Assembly (NCBI GenBank): GCA_965262715.1
Contig: OZ253553.1
Coordinates: forward strand, 1,472,001 to 1,536,000
DNA length: 64,000 nucleotides
From: Bdellovibrionales bacterium
GTDB lineage: Bacteria > Bdellovibrionota > Bdellovibrionia > Bdellovibrionales > JAUICD01
Direction of reading: 5' to 3'
Part shown: positions 41,122 through 50,571 of the stretch, piece by piece
Layout: each line of letters begins with the position of its first letter
How positions within the stretch are numbered: the stretch's first letter is position 1
Position numbers and translations under genes: made by a program
The notes under the pieces: model-generated
What the model was told of the DNA's origin: nothing
Seen by the model: the letters and a program-made list of their open reading frames with translations, nothing else
Database searches by the model: none

Positions 41122-41455
41122 AACTCATCTCAAAATTACTTCCCGTGCTCACATTTTCAAAACAACCTGTTTCCCTAAAAATGAACTGGCCTCTCGAGGC
41201 GAGCCTCTTGAGGCAAGCCTCTTGAAGCGAGCTTCTTGAGGCGAGCCTCTGGTTGTTTTTGGGTAACCAGCCTGACGGTTCACACTACGGGATGTATCCC
41301 TACGGGATGTATCCCCGTCAGTAAAATGCTGGCTACCTCAAAAATCTGTTTATTTTGAGTAGGGTAGATATCTCTCATTTTTTTACGCAATGTTAAGGGA
41401 AATGCTTTTATTTCTCAACGGATGATATAAAACTTTGTTTTTGAGATGGCTTCTA
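41119..41455. repeat. Composite MITE-like element
   Basis: Outer ends TAGAACTCATCTCAAAA / TTTTGAGATGGCTTCTA. Inner unit 41168-41403 (TGTTTCCCTAA...TTAAGGGAAA) carries 4 x 14-bp GAGGCRAGCCTCTT and 2 x 15-bp CTACGGGATGTATCC. Confidence 0.75.
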
Positions 41456-41761
41456 ATAACAAATACCCAAGTATCTTTTAATAAGAATACAGAACAACCT
41501 TTGCCATAAATTGTTTCAAATTGAGTCAATTGAAAATTGACTAGATGATATTTCTAAAGATATTCACCTTATTGTTGTGTTGTTCTACATAGCAAATTTT
41601 ATCGTTCTAAGGTTATGGACATCGAAAAGACAGCATATGAGAATATTTTTTTTTATTAAAATAAAAATTCCGAAAAAAGTAACTCAAGTTGATATACAAC
41701 TCTACCGAAGTCTTATTTAGAAACTAAAAATAATAGAGGTCTATATAATAGAGGTGTATAT

Positions 41762-44700
41762 ATGAGTGAAGAAAAAGAAAATAATACTAATACAAAGAAA
41801 AAGAACCTGTATTCCTGTTTAAAGCCGTATAAAAGCTTATTTCTCTCTAAAAATCAAAAGCTGAATCAAATTGGCTATTCTGTATTTATTGCCCTATTCT
41901 TCGTCATTTTTTCATTCCAAAACTGTAAAGAAGGCAATATTGATAACGGAAATAACGTAGAATCAAGCGAAACACCTGATACTACTCAACCGATTACACC
42001 AACAGACCCAACCTTCGAGCCTGTAAAGCCAAATTCTCCTCCTCTAGGCAGTCTGATAGCTTATTTGTCTGATGATACAGAAAAAACACCCCAAGATGAA
42101 TTTGATTCACAACAACAAGTCATCTTGGAATTTATAGAGTTTCACCGAAGTTCTAATAGTTTTCAGTGGACTATCTCTAGGGGTTTTGAAACCATTACAG
42201 AACCTCAAGTTACAACTCAGTCAAATTACGAAACTTCTTTTTCTCAAAAAGGGGCTTATGATGCCTTTTCTACATCTCATATAGCTGGAGATCCCAAAAT
42301 ATTAAGTCGTGCAAGCAAAAGATTAACTATCGGCGAAGAGTGCGATCCTTCAGAGATTTTAGAGATAAAAGTTGGAAGCGGCTCTTTAGTGAAAGGAGGG
42401 ACAGTTACTCTTGAATTAGAAAACTCCCAGCTATTTAATAATGTTAGTTGGAAAATTCAACAAGATTCACAAAGCCTATTAGCAGAAACTCAACAAACTG
42501 CGACAGTGAGTTTACCAGAGCAAGGGGGGTCTTCGCTCATTGTTGAAGTGACTGCTGTAAGTAATGATTCAACTAGAGACCAATGTATGATTTACAGAAA
42601 AAAGGAGCTTCAAGTCAATGAAAATGCTAAGCCCCATTTTAATATTGTCAGACCTGTTGATGATACTCATCCTGTTACTTTAGAAAATAATGAGGTCTAT
42701 AAATATAAAAGAACAAGTCAGTCAAAATACATTGAAATTTTAATCACAGGTGCAAGCGAATGCCGTTGGGATGGAAATGTTATTGCTTGTAATAACGGGC
42801 AGTGGGATATCACTCGAGAGGACCTGGTCATCTCAGAATGCAGTCAAGCTGTGAACACTCTTGATGTCTCTTACCTTGATGGCAACAATGATTCACAAGA
42901 GGAACAAAGAAGCTACTATAAATTTTGTCCACAAGATCAGGATATTTGCTATTTTGGTCCTTTAAATGCACGGCCAGTCCATCATGATTGCGGTAATAGT
43001 AGAACAATACAAACTGTAACTACGACTACAACGACTACACCAACTACAACGACTGCAACGACTGCAACGACTGCAACGACTACAACGACTACAACAACTC
43101 CACAATCAGCTTGCTCATCAGTGCAGAAAGCACCAGGTTACAGAGATGTCAATGGGCAATGCTTGAAATCTTGCCAGACTGCAGGTGGGACTCATACAGG
43201 ATCCGACTGTGACCCAGGTGAAGGATATGACCTTGTATTGATAGTAGGGACTTATGAAGATCCTTGTTGCAGACAAATACCCAGACAGGCTGTTAATGGT
43301 CAATGCAATAACAATAATCAAAATACTTGTCTTGCAGGTACACCTACTCCTCAAGCATCTAGTGGTGGGTTTTATAGATGGCATTGTAATGGTAGCAGTG
43401 GAGGCACAAATGCCGCTAATTGTCAGAAGGCTCAACCAAACAATCGAATAAACGGAGTTTGTAATAATAACCTTATAAATGGTTGTAGTCCAGGAAATGC
43501 TGTCGCTAAGACACCTAGTGGTGGATTTTATAGATGGGATTGTCAAGGAATAAATGCGGGCACAATTGCTACTGGTTGTCAAAAAGCTATTTCAGTTAGT
43601 GGTATATGTAGCACCTCTAATCATTTTGAATGTACCTCAGGTAGAGCTGACAATAAAATCGAGTTGACAGAAGCTTATACATGGCATTGTGTTGGATCGA
43701 ATGGAGGTGTAACTGCTGGAAATTGTCGAAAAAGTAAACCCATCAATGGCCAGTGCAATAATGACACTAAAAATGCTTGTCTTGCAGGCACATCTGTTCC
43801 TCAAACAGCCAGTGGTGGATTTGATAAATGGCACTGTAATGGCTCTAATACAGGTGCAAACGCCACTAATTGTCAGAAGGCTCAAGCCGTTAATGGCCAA
43901 TGTGATAGCACTCAAAAGGATGGTTGTCTCACAGGCCAATCTGATCCTCAAGCTGAAAGTAATGGATTTTATAATTGGTATTGTAGAGGTGAGCATGACG
44001 GTAGCGATGCAACTTGTAAACTCAGTGCAGGATCTAGATGCAATTACCCTGATACAATTGCAGACTACATCAACAGCTGCAAAAGTGGAACTACTTCCTC
44101 AGACAGAATAGATGACAATAACTATTATAGATGGGCATGTGGTGATGAAGAGTGTCAGAGACTTAAACCATTTCATGGCGAATGTAGTCCTACGCAAAAG
44201 GGTCAATGCGCTCGTGGTATAGCAGGTACAGTAGAGAAGCAAGTGGAAAGTTATGTGAACTCTGGTTATTACATTCTACCAGAGGTTCCTAATCCAAAAG
44301 CTACATCTAAAGCAATTAATGAAAATGAAAAGTATGACCTTAGCACCCTTGATGAAATTTGGTCATGTGAAGGAGGGGCAAGTAAAGTTTATTGTAGACA
44401 AACTCAAACTTTTGATGGTGAATGTCCTACTGATCCTCCTACATACAATGCAAAAAATGATTTTATTAATTATTGCAAACAAGGTTATGTAGCAAATATA
44501 AGAGGGGATGATACGGATGAGTACACATGGAGTTGTTACTATAGTTACGGCGGAAGAATTAGAGATGCATGTACAAGACAGAAACTTGGTGCTCCACCAG
44601 CTTCTCAAATAAAATCTCAAGGAGAATGCAGTGCTACAAGAAGACAGTGCCGAGGAGGAACTGTAGGTAACTATAAGACAAAACGGATTGCAACTAAGTA

Positions 44701-45022
44701 CAATAATGGAGGAAGAATTTCTGACAGGACTCTTACTCTTTATACTTGGGAGTGTGTAGGATCAGGATCATCTGCAACAACTCAGAAATGTAAAGATGTA
44801 AGTAGTGTATTTGTTGGTGAATGTGATAACACTGAAGTAGATCAGTGTGCTGGAGGAATCTTATATGATCTTGATGATTCAGACACACATTACAGATGGC
44901 TGTGTTTTGGTTCTACTCCAAAAAGTGATCAAAGAAATAAGGGTAACATTGCTTATTGTAGTAAGCCTAAATTTCAAGTTATTGAAGACAGTAGTGGAGT
45001 ACAGGTCATACGTCCTTTCTAA
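41762..45022 (+). CDS. Large Cys-rich repeat lipoprotein / surface protein
   Basis: FQNC lipobox-like signal, N-terminal ~400 aa paralogous to 11787-14324, Thr-rich linker (43014-43098), many NG.C.....C..G.......W.C.G..G repeats. Confidence 0.8.
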   Translation: MSEEKENNTNTKKKNLYSCLKPYKSLFLSKNQKLNQIGYSVFIALFFVIFSFQNCKEGNIDNGNNVESSETPDTTQPITPTDPTFEPVKPNSPPLGSLIAYLSDDTEKTPQDEFDSQQQVILEFIEFHRSSNSFQWTISRGFETITEPQVTTQSNYETSFSQKGAYDAFSTSHIAGDPKILSRASKRLTIGEECDPSEILEIKVGSGSLVKGGTVTLELENSQLFNNVSWKIQQDSQSLLAETQQTATVSLPEQGGSSLIVEVTAVSNDSTRDQCMIYRKKELQVNENAKPHFNIVRPVDDTHPVTLENNEVYKYKRTSQSKYIEILITGASECRWDGNVIACNNGQWDITREDLVISECSQAVNTLDVSYLDGNNDSQEEQRSYYKFCPQDQDICYFGPLNARPVHHDCGNSRTIQTVTTTTTTTPTTTTATTATTATTTTTTTTPQSACSSVQKAPGYRDVNGQCLKSCQTAGGTHTGSDCDPGEGYDLVLIVGTYEDPCCRQIPRQAVNGQCNNNNQNTCLAGTPTPQASSGGFYRWHCNGSSGGTNAANCQKAQPNNRINGVCNNNLINGCSPGNAVAKTPSGGFYRWDCQGINAGTIATGCQKAISVSGICSTSNHFECTSGRADNKIELTEAYTWHCVGSNGGVTAGNCRKSKPINGQCNNDTKNACLAGTSVPQTASGGFDKWHCNGSNTGANATNCQKAQAVNGQCDSTQKDGCLTGQSDPQAESNGFYNWYCRGEHDGSDATCKLSAGSRCNYPDTIADYINSCKSGTTSSDRIDDNNYYRWACGDEECQRLKPFHGECSPTQKGQCARGIAGTVEKQVESYVNSGYYILPEVPNPKATSKAINENEKYDLSTLDEIWSCEGGASKVYCRQTQTFDGECPTDPPTYNAKNDFINYCKQGYVANIRGDDTDEYTWSCYYSYGGRIRDACTRQKLGAPPASQIKSQGECSATRRQCRGGTVGNYKTKRIATKYNNGGRISDRTLTLYTWECVGSGSSATTQKCKDVSSVFVGECDNTEVDQCAGGILYDLDDSDTHYRWLCFGSTPKSDQRNKGNIAYCSKPKFQVIEDSSGVQVIRPF

Positions 45023-45149
45023 ACACACTACTTATCAGGGATGCATGATCTGAAGTAAGAAGTTTATAGTAAAGACAGGCCTTGTGTTGCACAAACATCA
45101 CTTTAGTTAATATGCCAGAGACTTGTAACAGGCTTCTTCCATAAGCAGC

Positions 45150-45275
45150 AGGCGACCCTCTCGAGGCAAGCCTCTCGAGGCGAGCCTCTGGCTGTTTTTT
45201 GGCAATCAGCTTGGAGGTTTGCACCTTCAAAAAATGCTGTTACACATCCTCAAAAACCCATTCATCTTTAGTAGA
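45150..45275 (+). repeat. Partial copy of the GAGGCGAGCCTC MITE family
   Basis: CCTCTCGAGGCAAGCCTCTCGAGGCGAGCCTCTGGCTGTTTTTTGG...AAAATGCTG...CCTCAAAA. Confidence 0.7.
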
Positions 45276-45483
45276 AACTATTCTAGGGGCTATTATCATT
45301 GCTTAGATAGCAAATACCCTCAATAATGTCATTTTCACAACTTTTCATAAAACATGATATTGATGAAATACATTCTAATTATTTTAACTTTATAATTAGG
45401 ATATATTGACAGCTTTTCTTAACTTGTGTCAATCTAGCTTTGTTGGTTAAACATAAATAAAAAAACTTAAAGTTTAAAAGATT

Positions 45484-46332
45484 ATGGGCTTTGTTTTTCA
45501 TCTCTTTATTATATTTCAAGTGTTATTTTTATTTGCACCCTTAAAGGCAGATAATAAATTGCCATGGAAAACACAGAGACCAGCAAGTGAAAAAGTAGAA
45601 GCTTTGAAAAACGTCACTGTTGAAGAAAAGCTTGGCGAGACGGTTGATCTCAATTTATCTTTTGTTGATGAACAAAGTGAACAAGTGCACTTAAAAGATT
45701 TTTTCAAACCTGAAAAACCTGTCCTTCTCACACTCGTTTATTATACATGTCCTGGACTTTGCAACTTTCACCTCAATGGTGTGATGGATGCTTTGAAAGA
45801 AATGGATTTAGAGGCTGGTCAGGATTTTGAGTTCGTCGCTGTTAGTTTTGAACCAAAAGACACTCCTGAGACAGCACTTGCCAAAAAGAACGAATTTAAA
45901 GAAAGATTTTTAAGTGGTGGTACAGTAAATGAACAAAATCCTGATAAAGGATGGCATTTTTTAACAGGCACAAAAGAAAATACAAAAACACTAGCAAATC
46001 AAGTAGGTTTTTCTTATGAGTGGAATGAAGCAAGTAGTCAATGGTCTCATCCTGCTGTGGCTTATGTCCTAACTCCTCAAGGGAAGATTTCACGTTATCT
46101 TTATGGCATTCAGATACCAGATAAAACACTTAGGTTGTCTCTTGTGGAGGCGAGTAACGGTCAAATTGGCAATGTTTTAGATCGTTTTATTTTGTACTGT
46201 TTTAATTACAATCCTCAAGAGCGCAAATATAGCTTAATGGCACTTAATGCTGTGCGTGCTGGTGCTGGGTTTACTTTGATTATTTTGGGATTTCTTTTAA
46301 TTCCTTTTTGGATTCGGTCTTATAAAACTTAA
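45484..46332 (+). CDS. SCO1/SenC family copper chaperone
   Basis: YYTCPGLC (CxxxC), WHFLTG, WSHPA, RYLYG; first gene of the cox cluster. Confidence 0.92.
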   Translation: MGFVFHLFIIFQVLFLFAPLKADNKLPWKTQRPASEKVEALKNVTVEEKLGETVDLNLSFVDEQSEQVHLKDFFKPEKPVLLTLVYYTCPGLCNFHLNGVMDALKEMDLEAGQDFEFVAVSFEPKDTPETALAKKNEFKERFLSGGTVNEQNPDKGWHFLTGTKENTKTLANQVGFSYEWNEASSQWSHPAVAYVLTPQGKISRYLYGIQIPDKTLRLSLVEASNGQIGNVLDRFILYCFNYNPQERKYSLMALNAVRAGAGFTLIILGFLLIPFWIRSYKT

Positions 46333-46342
46333 AACCATTTAT

Positions 46343-47338
46343 TTGAGGGGTATAATCATTAAACTTTCTTTTGCATTTGGGTTTTCTTTTTTAATTTCTC
46401 AGGTAGCCTTTGGCCAGAGCAGCTATCTTCCTATACAAGCATCTAAAATTTCAAGGTCTGTAGATTCTCTCTATAACTTTCTAACCTTTACGAGTTTGAT
46501 TGTTTTTGCGATCTTGATGGGAGCTGTTTTATTTTTTATCTTAAAGTATAGCCGCAAGACAGAAGATCAAAAAACACCTTATATCACAGAAAATTACACT
46601 TTAGAGTTTATCTGGAGTTTTGTACCTTTAGTGATTTTCTTGTTAGTGTTTTATTGGGGATGGATTGTTTATAAGGATACCCGGCAATTTCCAGAAGATG
46701 CTATCACTATACAAGTGACAGGTTTTCAATGGGCTTGGAGTATGCAATATGCTAACGGCAAAAAAACATCTAATGAAATAACAGTTCCATTAGGCAAGAG
46801 AGTTGTTTTAAACATGCGCTCATTAGATGTACTGCATAGCTTTTTTGTTCCTAGTTTTCGTATTAAACAAGATGTCGTGCCAGGCTACATCTCTAAACTA
46901 TCTTTTATTCCAATCAAGGTAGGAAGATACCACATTTTTTGCGCTGAATATTGTGGGACAGAGCATTCAGGTATGATGGGTTGGGTGAATGTGGTAGAAT
47001 CCTATGAATATGAGGAGTTTTTAAACAGAGATGATGCAGAGGGAATACCACTTACCCAGCTAGGTGAGACAACATACAAAAACCTTTGCATAGTTTGTCA
47101 CTCAATTGATGGTTCTCAAATCATAGGTCCTTCCTTTAAGGGCATTTATGGCCGTCGTCAGACTCTTGCTGATGGGGCTGTGGTGGAAAGTGATGATAAT
47201 TATATACGTAACTCTATTTTAAACCCGGAAGGACAGATTGTCTCAGGTTATCCTACAGGTCAAATGCCAGCATTCCAAGGCCTATTAGACGAAGAGCAAA
47301 TTACACAATTGATTGAATATATGAAAACACTGAAGTAA
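46343..47338 (+). CDS. coxB: Cytochrome c oxidase subunit II with C-terminal cytochrome c (caa3 type)
   Basis: DVLHSFF, CAEYCGTEHSGM CuA site, CIVCH heme motif. Confidence 0.96.
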   Translation: MRGIIIKLSFAFGFSFLISQVAFGQSSYLPIQASKISRSVDSLYNFLTFTSLIVFAILMGAVLFFILKYSRKTEDQKTPYITENYTLEFIWSFVPLVIFLLVFYWGWIVYKDTRQFPEDAITIQVTGFQWAWSMQYANGKKTSNEITVPLGKRVVLNMRSLDVLHSFFVPSFRIKQDVVPGYISKLSFIPIKVGRYHIFCAEYCGTEHSGMMGWVNVVESYEYEEFLNRDDAEGIPLTQLGETTYKNLCIVCHSIDGSQIIGPSFKGIYGRRQTLADGAVVESDDNYIRNSILNPEGQIVSGYPTGQMPAFQGLLDEEQITQLIEYMKTLK

Positions 47339-47367
47339 TAAAAGAAGGAGAAGACAGGAATAAAAAA

Positions 47368-47529
47368 GTTTCCCTAACATGATTTGAAGAAATGAAGATA
47401 TTCTTTCTACTGAAAATGAACAAGTTTTTGAGGCAGTCAGCATTTTCTTGAAGACGTGAGTCTTCAGGCTGAGTGCCCAAAAATAGCCAGAGGCTCGCCT
47501 CGAGAGGCTAGTTCATTTTTAGTGAGACA
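47368..47529 (-). repeat. MITE-like element (GAGGCGAGCCTC family) between diverged ~94-bp direct repeats
   Basis: Reverse complement aligns with 49641-49787 and 41168-41403; flanks 47287-47380 and 47530-47622 are near-identical. Confidence 0.75.
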
Positions 47530-47728
47530 AGACGAAGAGCAAATTACGCAATTGATTGAATATATGAAAACATTGAAGTAATAAAAAAAGGAGAAGATAG
47601 AAGAAAAAAGTTTCCCTAACATAATGTAAAGAGATGAGGAGGATCTCCTCTATAGTTTCCTTAACATTTTGTTAACTGATAAAAAGATACTTTTTAGTGA
47701 AACAAAAGAAGGAGAAGAATAAGTAAAT

Positions 47729-49378
47729 ATGTCAAATCAAGATACACTTCCAAAAGGAAAATCAGGCAATCAGGCAGCCCGGCAATCGGGCAGTCAGGCA
47801 AGCGGGCAAACGAATTATCTTAACCATGAAAAAGGTTTATGGTCTTGGTTGACAACATTAGACCATAAACGCATTGGTTTGATGTACTTTATAGTGATAT
47901 CTTTCTTTTTCTTTTTAGGTGGTATTTTTGCTCTTTTAATACGTTTGGAGCTTATTGCACCTGGGCAGCAATTTTTTGGTGCTGATACCTACAATCAGTT
48001 CATGACATATCACGGTGCTATTATGGTCTTTTTAGTGATCATACCTGGAATACCTGCATTTTTAGGTAATTTTATTTTGCCTCTACACATAGGGGCAAAA
48101 GATGTGGCATTTCCTAGGCTGAACCTCCTTAGTTGGTATCTTTTATTGATTGGAGCAATCGTCGCTGTGTCTTCTCTATTTTTTGGTGGCGTGGATACAG
48201 GTTGGACTTTCTACACTCCATACAGTTCTTTAAAATCACAAGGAGGGGTCGCTTTTATGACCTTTGGAGCTTTTATCGCTGGTTTTTCTTCTGTTCTGAC
48301 TGGGCTTAACTTTATAGCCACCATCCACAATCTGCGAGCTCCCGGAATGACTTTTGGCCGCATGCCTTTATTTGTTTGGAGTCTCTATTCTACAGCTATT
48401 TTGCAAGTCATAGCCACACCTGTTTTAGCTATCACTCTTTTGCTTTTAGTTATGGAAAAAGCATTTGGAGTAGGGATATTTGATGCATCTTTGGGTGGAG
48501 ATCCTATTTTGTTTCAACACTTTTTTTGGTTTTACTCTCACCCAGCAGTTTATATTATGATTTTACCTGCCATGGGTATTATTAGTGAATTGATAACAAC
48601 TTTTTCTCGTAAGACAATATTTGGTTACAGAGCCATTGCTTATTCGAGTGTTACTATTGCTGGCATTAGCTTTTTTGTATGGGGACATCACATGTATGTG
48701 AGTGGTCAATCTGAGCTAGCAAATATGATTTTCTCTATATTAACTATGTTAGTAGGAGTCCCAACGGCTATAAAAACTTTTAACTGGGTAACTACTATGT
48801 ACAAAGGCTCTATTCTTTTAGCTTCTCCCATGCTTTATGCTATTGGATTTTTATTTATATTTACCATTGGAGGGCTTACAGGGATCTACCTTGCAACTAT
48901 TGCTCTTGATGTGCATTTGCACGACACCTATTTTGTGGTGGCACATTTTCACTATGTGATGGTGGGAGGAACCATCATGGCCCTTATGGGAGGCATTTTG
49001 TATTGGTATCCTAAAATGTTTGGAAAATTATATAATGAATTTATTGCAAAGCTATCATGGATTTTTGTTTTTATAGGCTTTAACGTGACTTTCTTTCCGC
49101 AGTTTATTTTAGGCAATCTAGGTATGCCTCGTAGATATCATGATTATCTTCCTGAGTTTGCCAATTTAAATCTTATTTCTACAATAGGTTCATGGATGAT
49201 TGCTATAGGGCTTTTCTTTGTACTTGCTTGTTTATTAGAAGGTTTTTTCTCTGATCGCAATGCGCCTGCAAATCCATGGGGGGCTAAAACATTAGAATGG
49301 CAAACACCATCTCCTCCTCCACATGACAACTTTAAAGAAACTCCAATTGTCAAAGGTGGTCCTTATGAATATCGTTAG
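47729..49378 (+). CDS. coxA: Cytochrome c oxidase subunit I
   Basis: [39 protein letters not shown]. Confidence 0.98.
   Translation: MSNQDTLPKGKSGNQAARQSGSQASGQTNYLNHEKGLWSWLTTLDHKRIGLMYFIVISFFFFLGGIFALLIRLELIAPGQQFFGADTYNQFMTYHGAIMVFLVIIPGIPAFLGNFILPLHIGAKDVAFPRLNLLSWYLLLIGAIVAVSSLFFGGVDTGWTFYTPYSSLKSQGGVAFMTFGAFIAGFSSVLTGLNFIATIHNLRAPGMTFGRMPLFVWSLYSTAILQVIATPVLAITLLLLVMEKAFGVGIFDASLGGDPILFQHFFWFYSHPAVYIMILPAMGIISELITTFSRKTIFGYRAIAYSSVTIAGISFFVWGHHMYVSGQSELANMIFSILTMLVGVPTAIKTFNWVTTMYKGSILLASPMLYAIGFLFIFTIGGLTGIYLATIALDVHLHDTYFVVAHFHYVMVGGTIMALMGGILYWYPKMFGKLYNEFIAKLSWIFVFIGFNVTFFPQFILGNLGMPRRYHDYLPEFANLNLISTIGSWMIAIGLFFVLACLLEGFFSDRNAPANPWGAKTLEWQTPSPPPHDNFKETPIVKGGPYEYR
47764..47811 (+). 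repeat. 6 x 8-bp NGGCARNC tandem repeat inside the coxA 5' end
   Basis: AGGCAATC AGGCAGCC CGGCAATC GGGCAGTC AGGCAAGC GGGCAAAC (48 bp, frame-preserving). Confidence 0.85.
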
Positions 49379-49640
49379 AGGGAGATCCTCCTCATTTTTT
49401 AACAACATGTTGAGCTGGACCCTCAATTTATTTCTTAAATTTAAAATCATTGCCCTGAGGCCAGACTCTTTCCCCTTCTTATCATTAGCTTTTATCACCA
49501 CTTGCTTACTTAGCTTTCGATGGTTATTGTTTTTAAATAGAAGAGTTGAACGCGAATGGTAATAAGGAAATCGTTTTATCTTTTTAAGAGAGGATTCTAT
49601 GGGTATTGTTAAGCCTTCCGTTGAACATCATCATGCACAT

Positions 49641-49787
49641 TGTTTCCCTAAAGATGAACCAGCCTCTGGCTGTTTTTGGACAGTCAGCCTGAAGACTTAC
49701 GTCTTCAAGAAAAAGCTGACTGTCTCAAAAATCTGTTCATTTTTAGGAAGGAGATTCTCCTCATTTTTTAATAACATGTTAAGGAAA
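49641..49787 (+). repeat. MITE-like element preceded by a stranded copy of the coxC start
   Basis: TGTTTCCCTAAAGATGAAC...CATGTTAAGGAAA; 49599-49640 encodes MGIVKPSVEHHHAH vs coxC MAIVKPAIEHHHAH. Confidence 0.75.
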
Positions 49788-49830
49788 TCTTTCCTTTGTT
49801 TAATAACCTATTTAAAGTTGAGAGAATCTT

Positions 49831-50481
49831 ATGGCTATTGTTAAACCTGCTATTGAACATCATCATGCACATCATTTTGATTCGGCTGAGCAAGAATACC
49901 GTACATCTAAGTTTGGAGTGTGGTTATTTATGGTCACAGAAATCCTTATGTTTGGAGGTCTTTTTGTTGGCTTTGCCCTTTTTAACAATATTTATCCAGA
50001 GATTTTTGAAGAAGGTGCGACCTTTCTAGATTGGAAACTAGGAACTATTAATACTGCTGTTCTTTTAACAAGTTCTCTAACAATGGCACTTGGCATTCAT
50101 TACATTCAGGTGAACAAGAGAGATGCTGCCTTTTGGAACCTTATAGCCACAATAGCTTGTGGCGCTATTTTTATGATGATCAAATATTTTGAGTACACTC
50201 ATAAGTTTCATTTAGGCATCTTTCCTGGAGCCGAGTTTGCCTATGAAGGTGCTACACAAACAAAAAATTTAGCTTTGTATTTTAGCTTTTATTTTTGTAT
50301 GACAGGCCTACACGGTATTCACGTTTTAGCAGGGATGAGCCTGATTGCTTGGGTGACTTACCGACATTACCGTGGAGACTTTAACCCTAATTACTTTACA
50401 GCAGTTGAAGGTGTAGGGCTTTTTTGGCATATTGTAGATTTAATTTGGATCTATTTATTTCCACTTTTGTACTTGGTATAA
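49831..50481 (+). CDS. coxC: Cytochrome c oxidase subunit III
   Basis: GVWLFMVTEILMFGGLF, NTAVLLTSSLTM, TGLHGIHV, FWHIVDLIW. Confidence 0.96.
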   Translation: MAIVKPAIEHHHAHHFDSAEQEYRTSKFGVWLFMVTEILMFGGLFVGFALFNNIYPEIFEEGATFLDWKLGTINTAVLLTSSLTMALGIHYIQVNKRDAAFWNLIATIACGAIFMMIKYFEYTHKFHLGIFPGAEFAYEGATQTKNLALYFSFYFCMTGLHGIHVLAGMSLIAWVTYRHYRGDFNPNYFTAVEGVGLFWHIVDLIWIYLFPLLYLV

Positions 50482-50571
50482 CTAATAACCGCTGCTATTT
50501 CAATATAATTTACTGAATACAACAACGTCATGAACACTTATTAGAGTACTGACCATAAAAGGTTATAAAAT

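Noticed and set aside
41190..41315. Short palindromic repeats resembling a CRISPR array
   Set aside because: Units are 14-15 bp and directly tandem with no unique spacers; no cas genes; they belong to a dispersed MITE-like family.
43118..44620. Antisense and alternate-frame ORFs within the 1,086-aa gene (and similar short ORFs inside other CDSs)
   Set aside because: Shadow ORFs of long, well-supported genes; no motifs or RBS.
49292..49844. Small ORFs between coxA and coxC as genuine genes
   Set aside because: They are composed of MITE sequence and a duplicated coxC start; no recognisable product.
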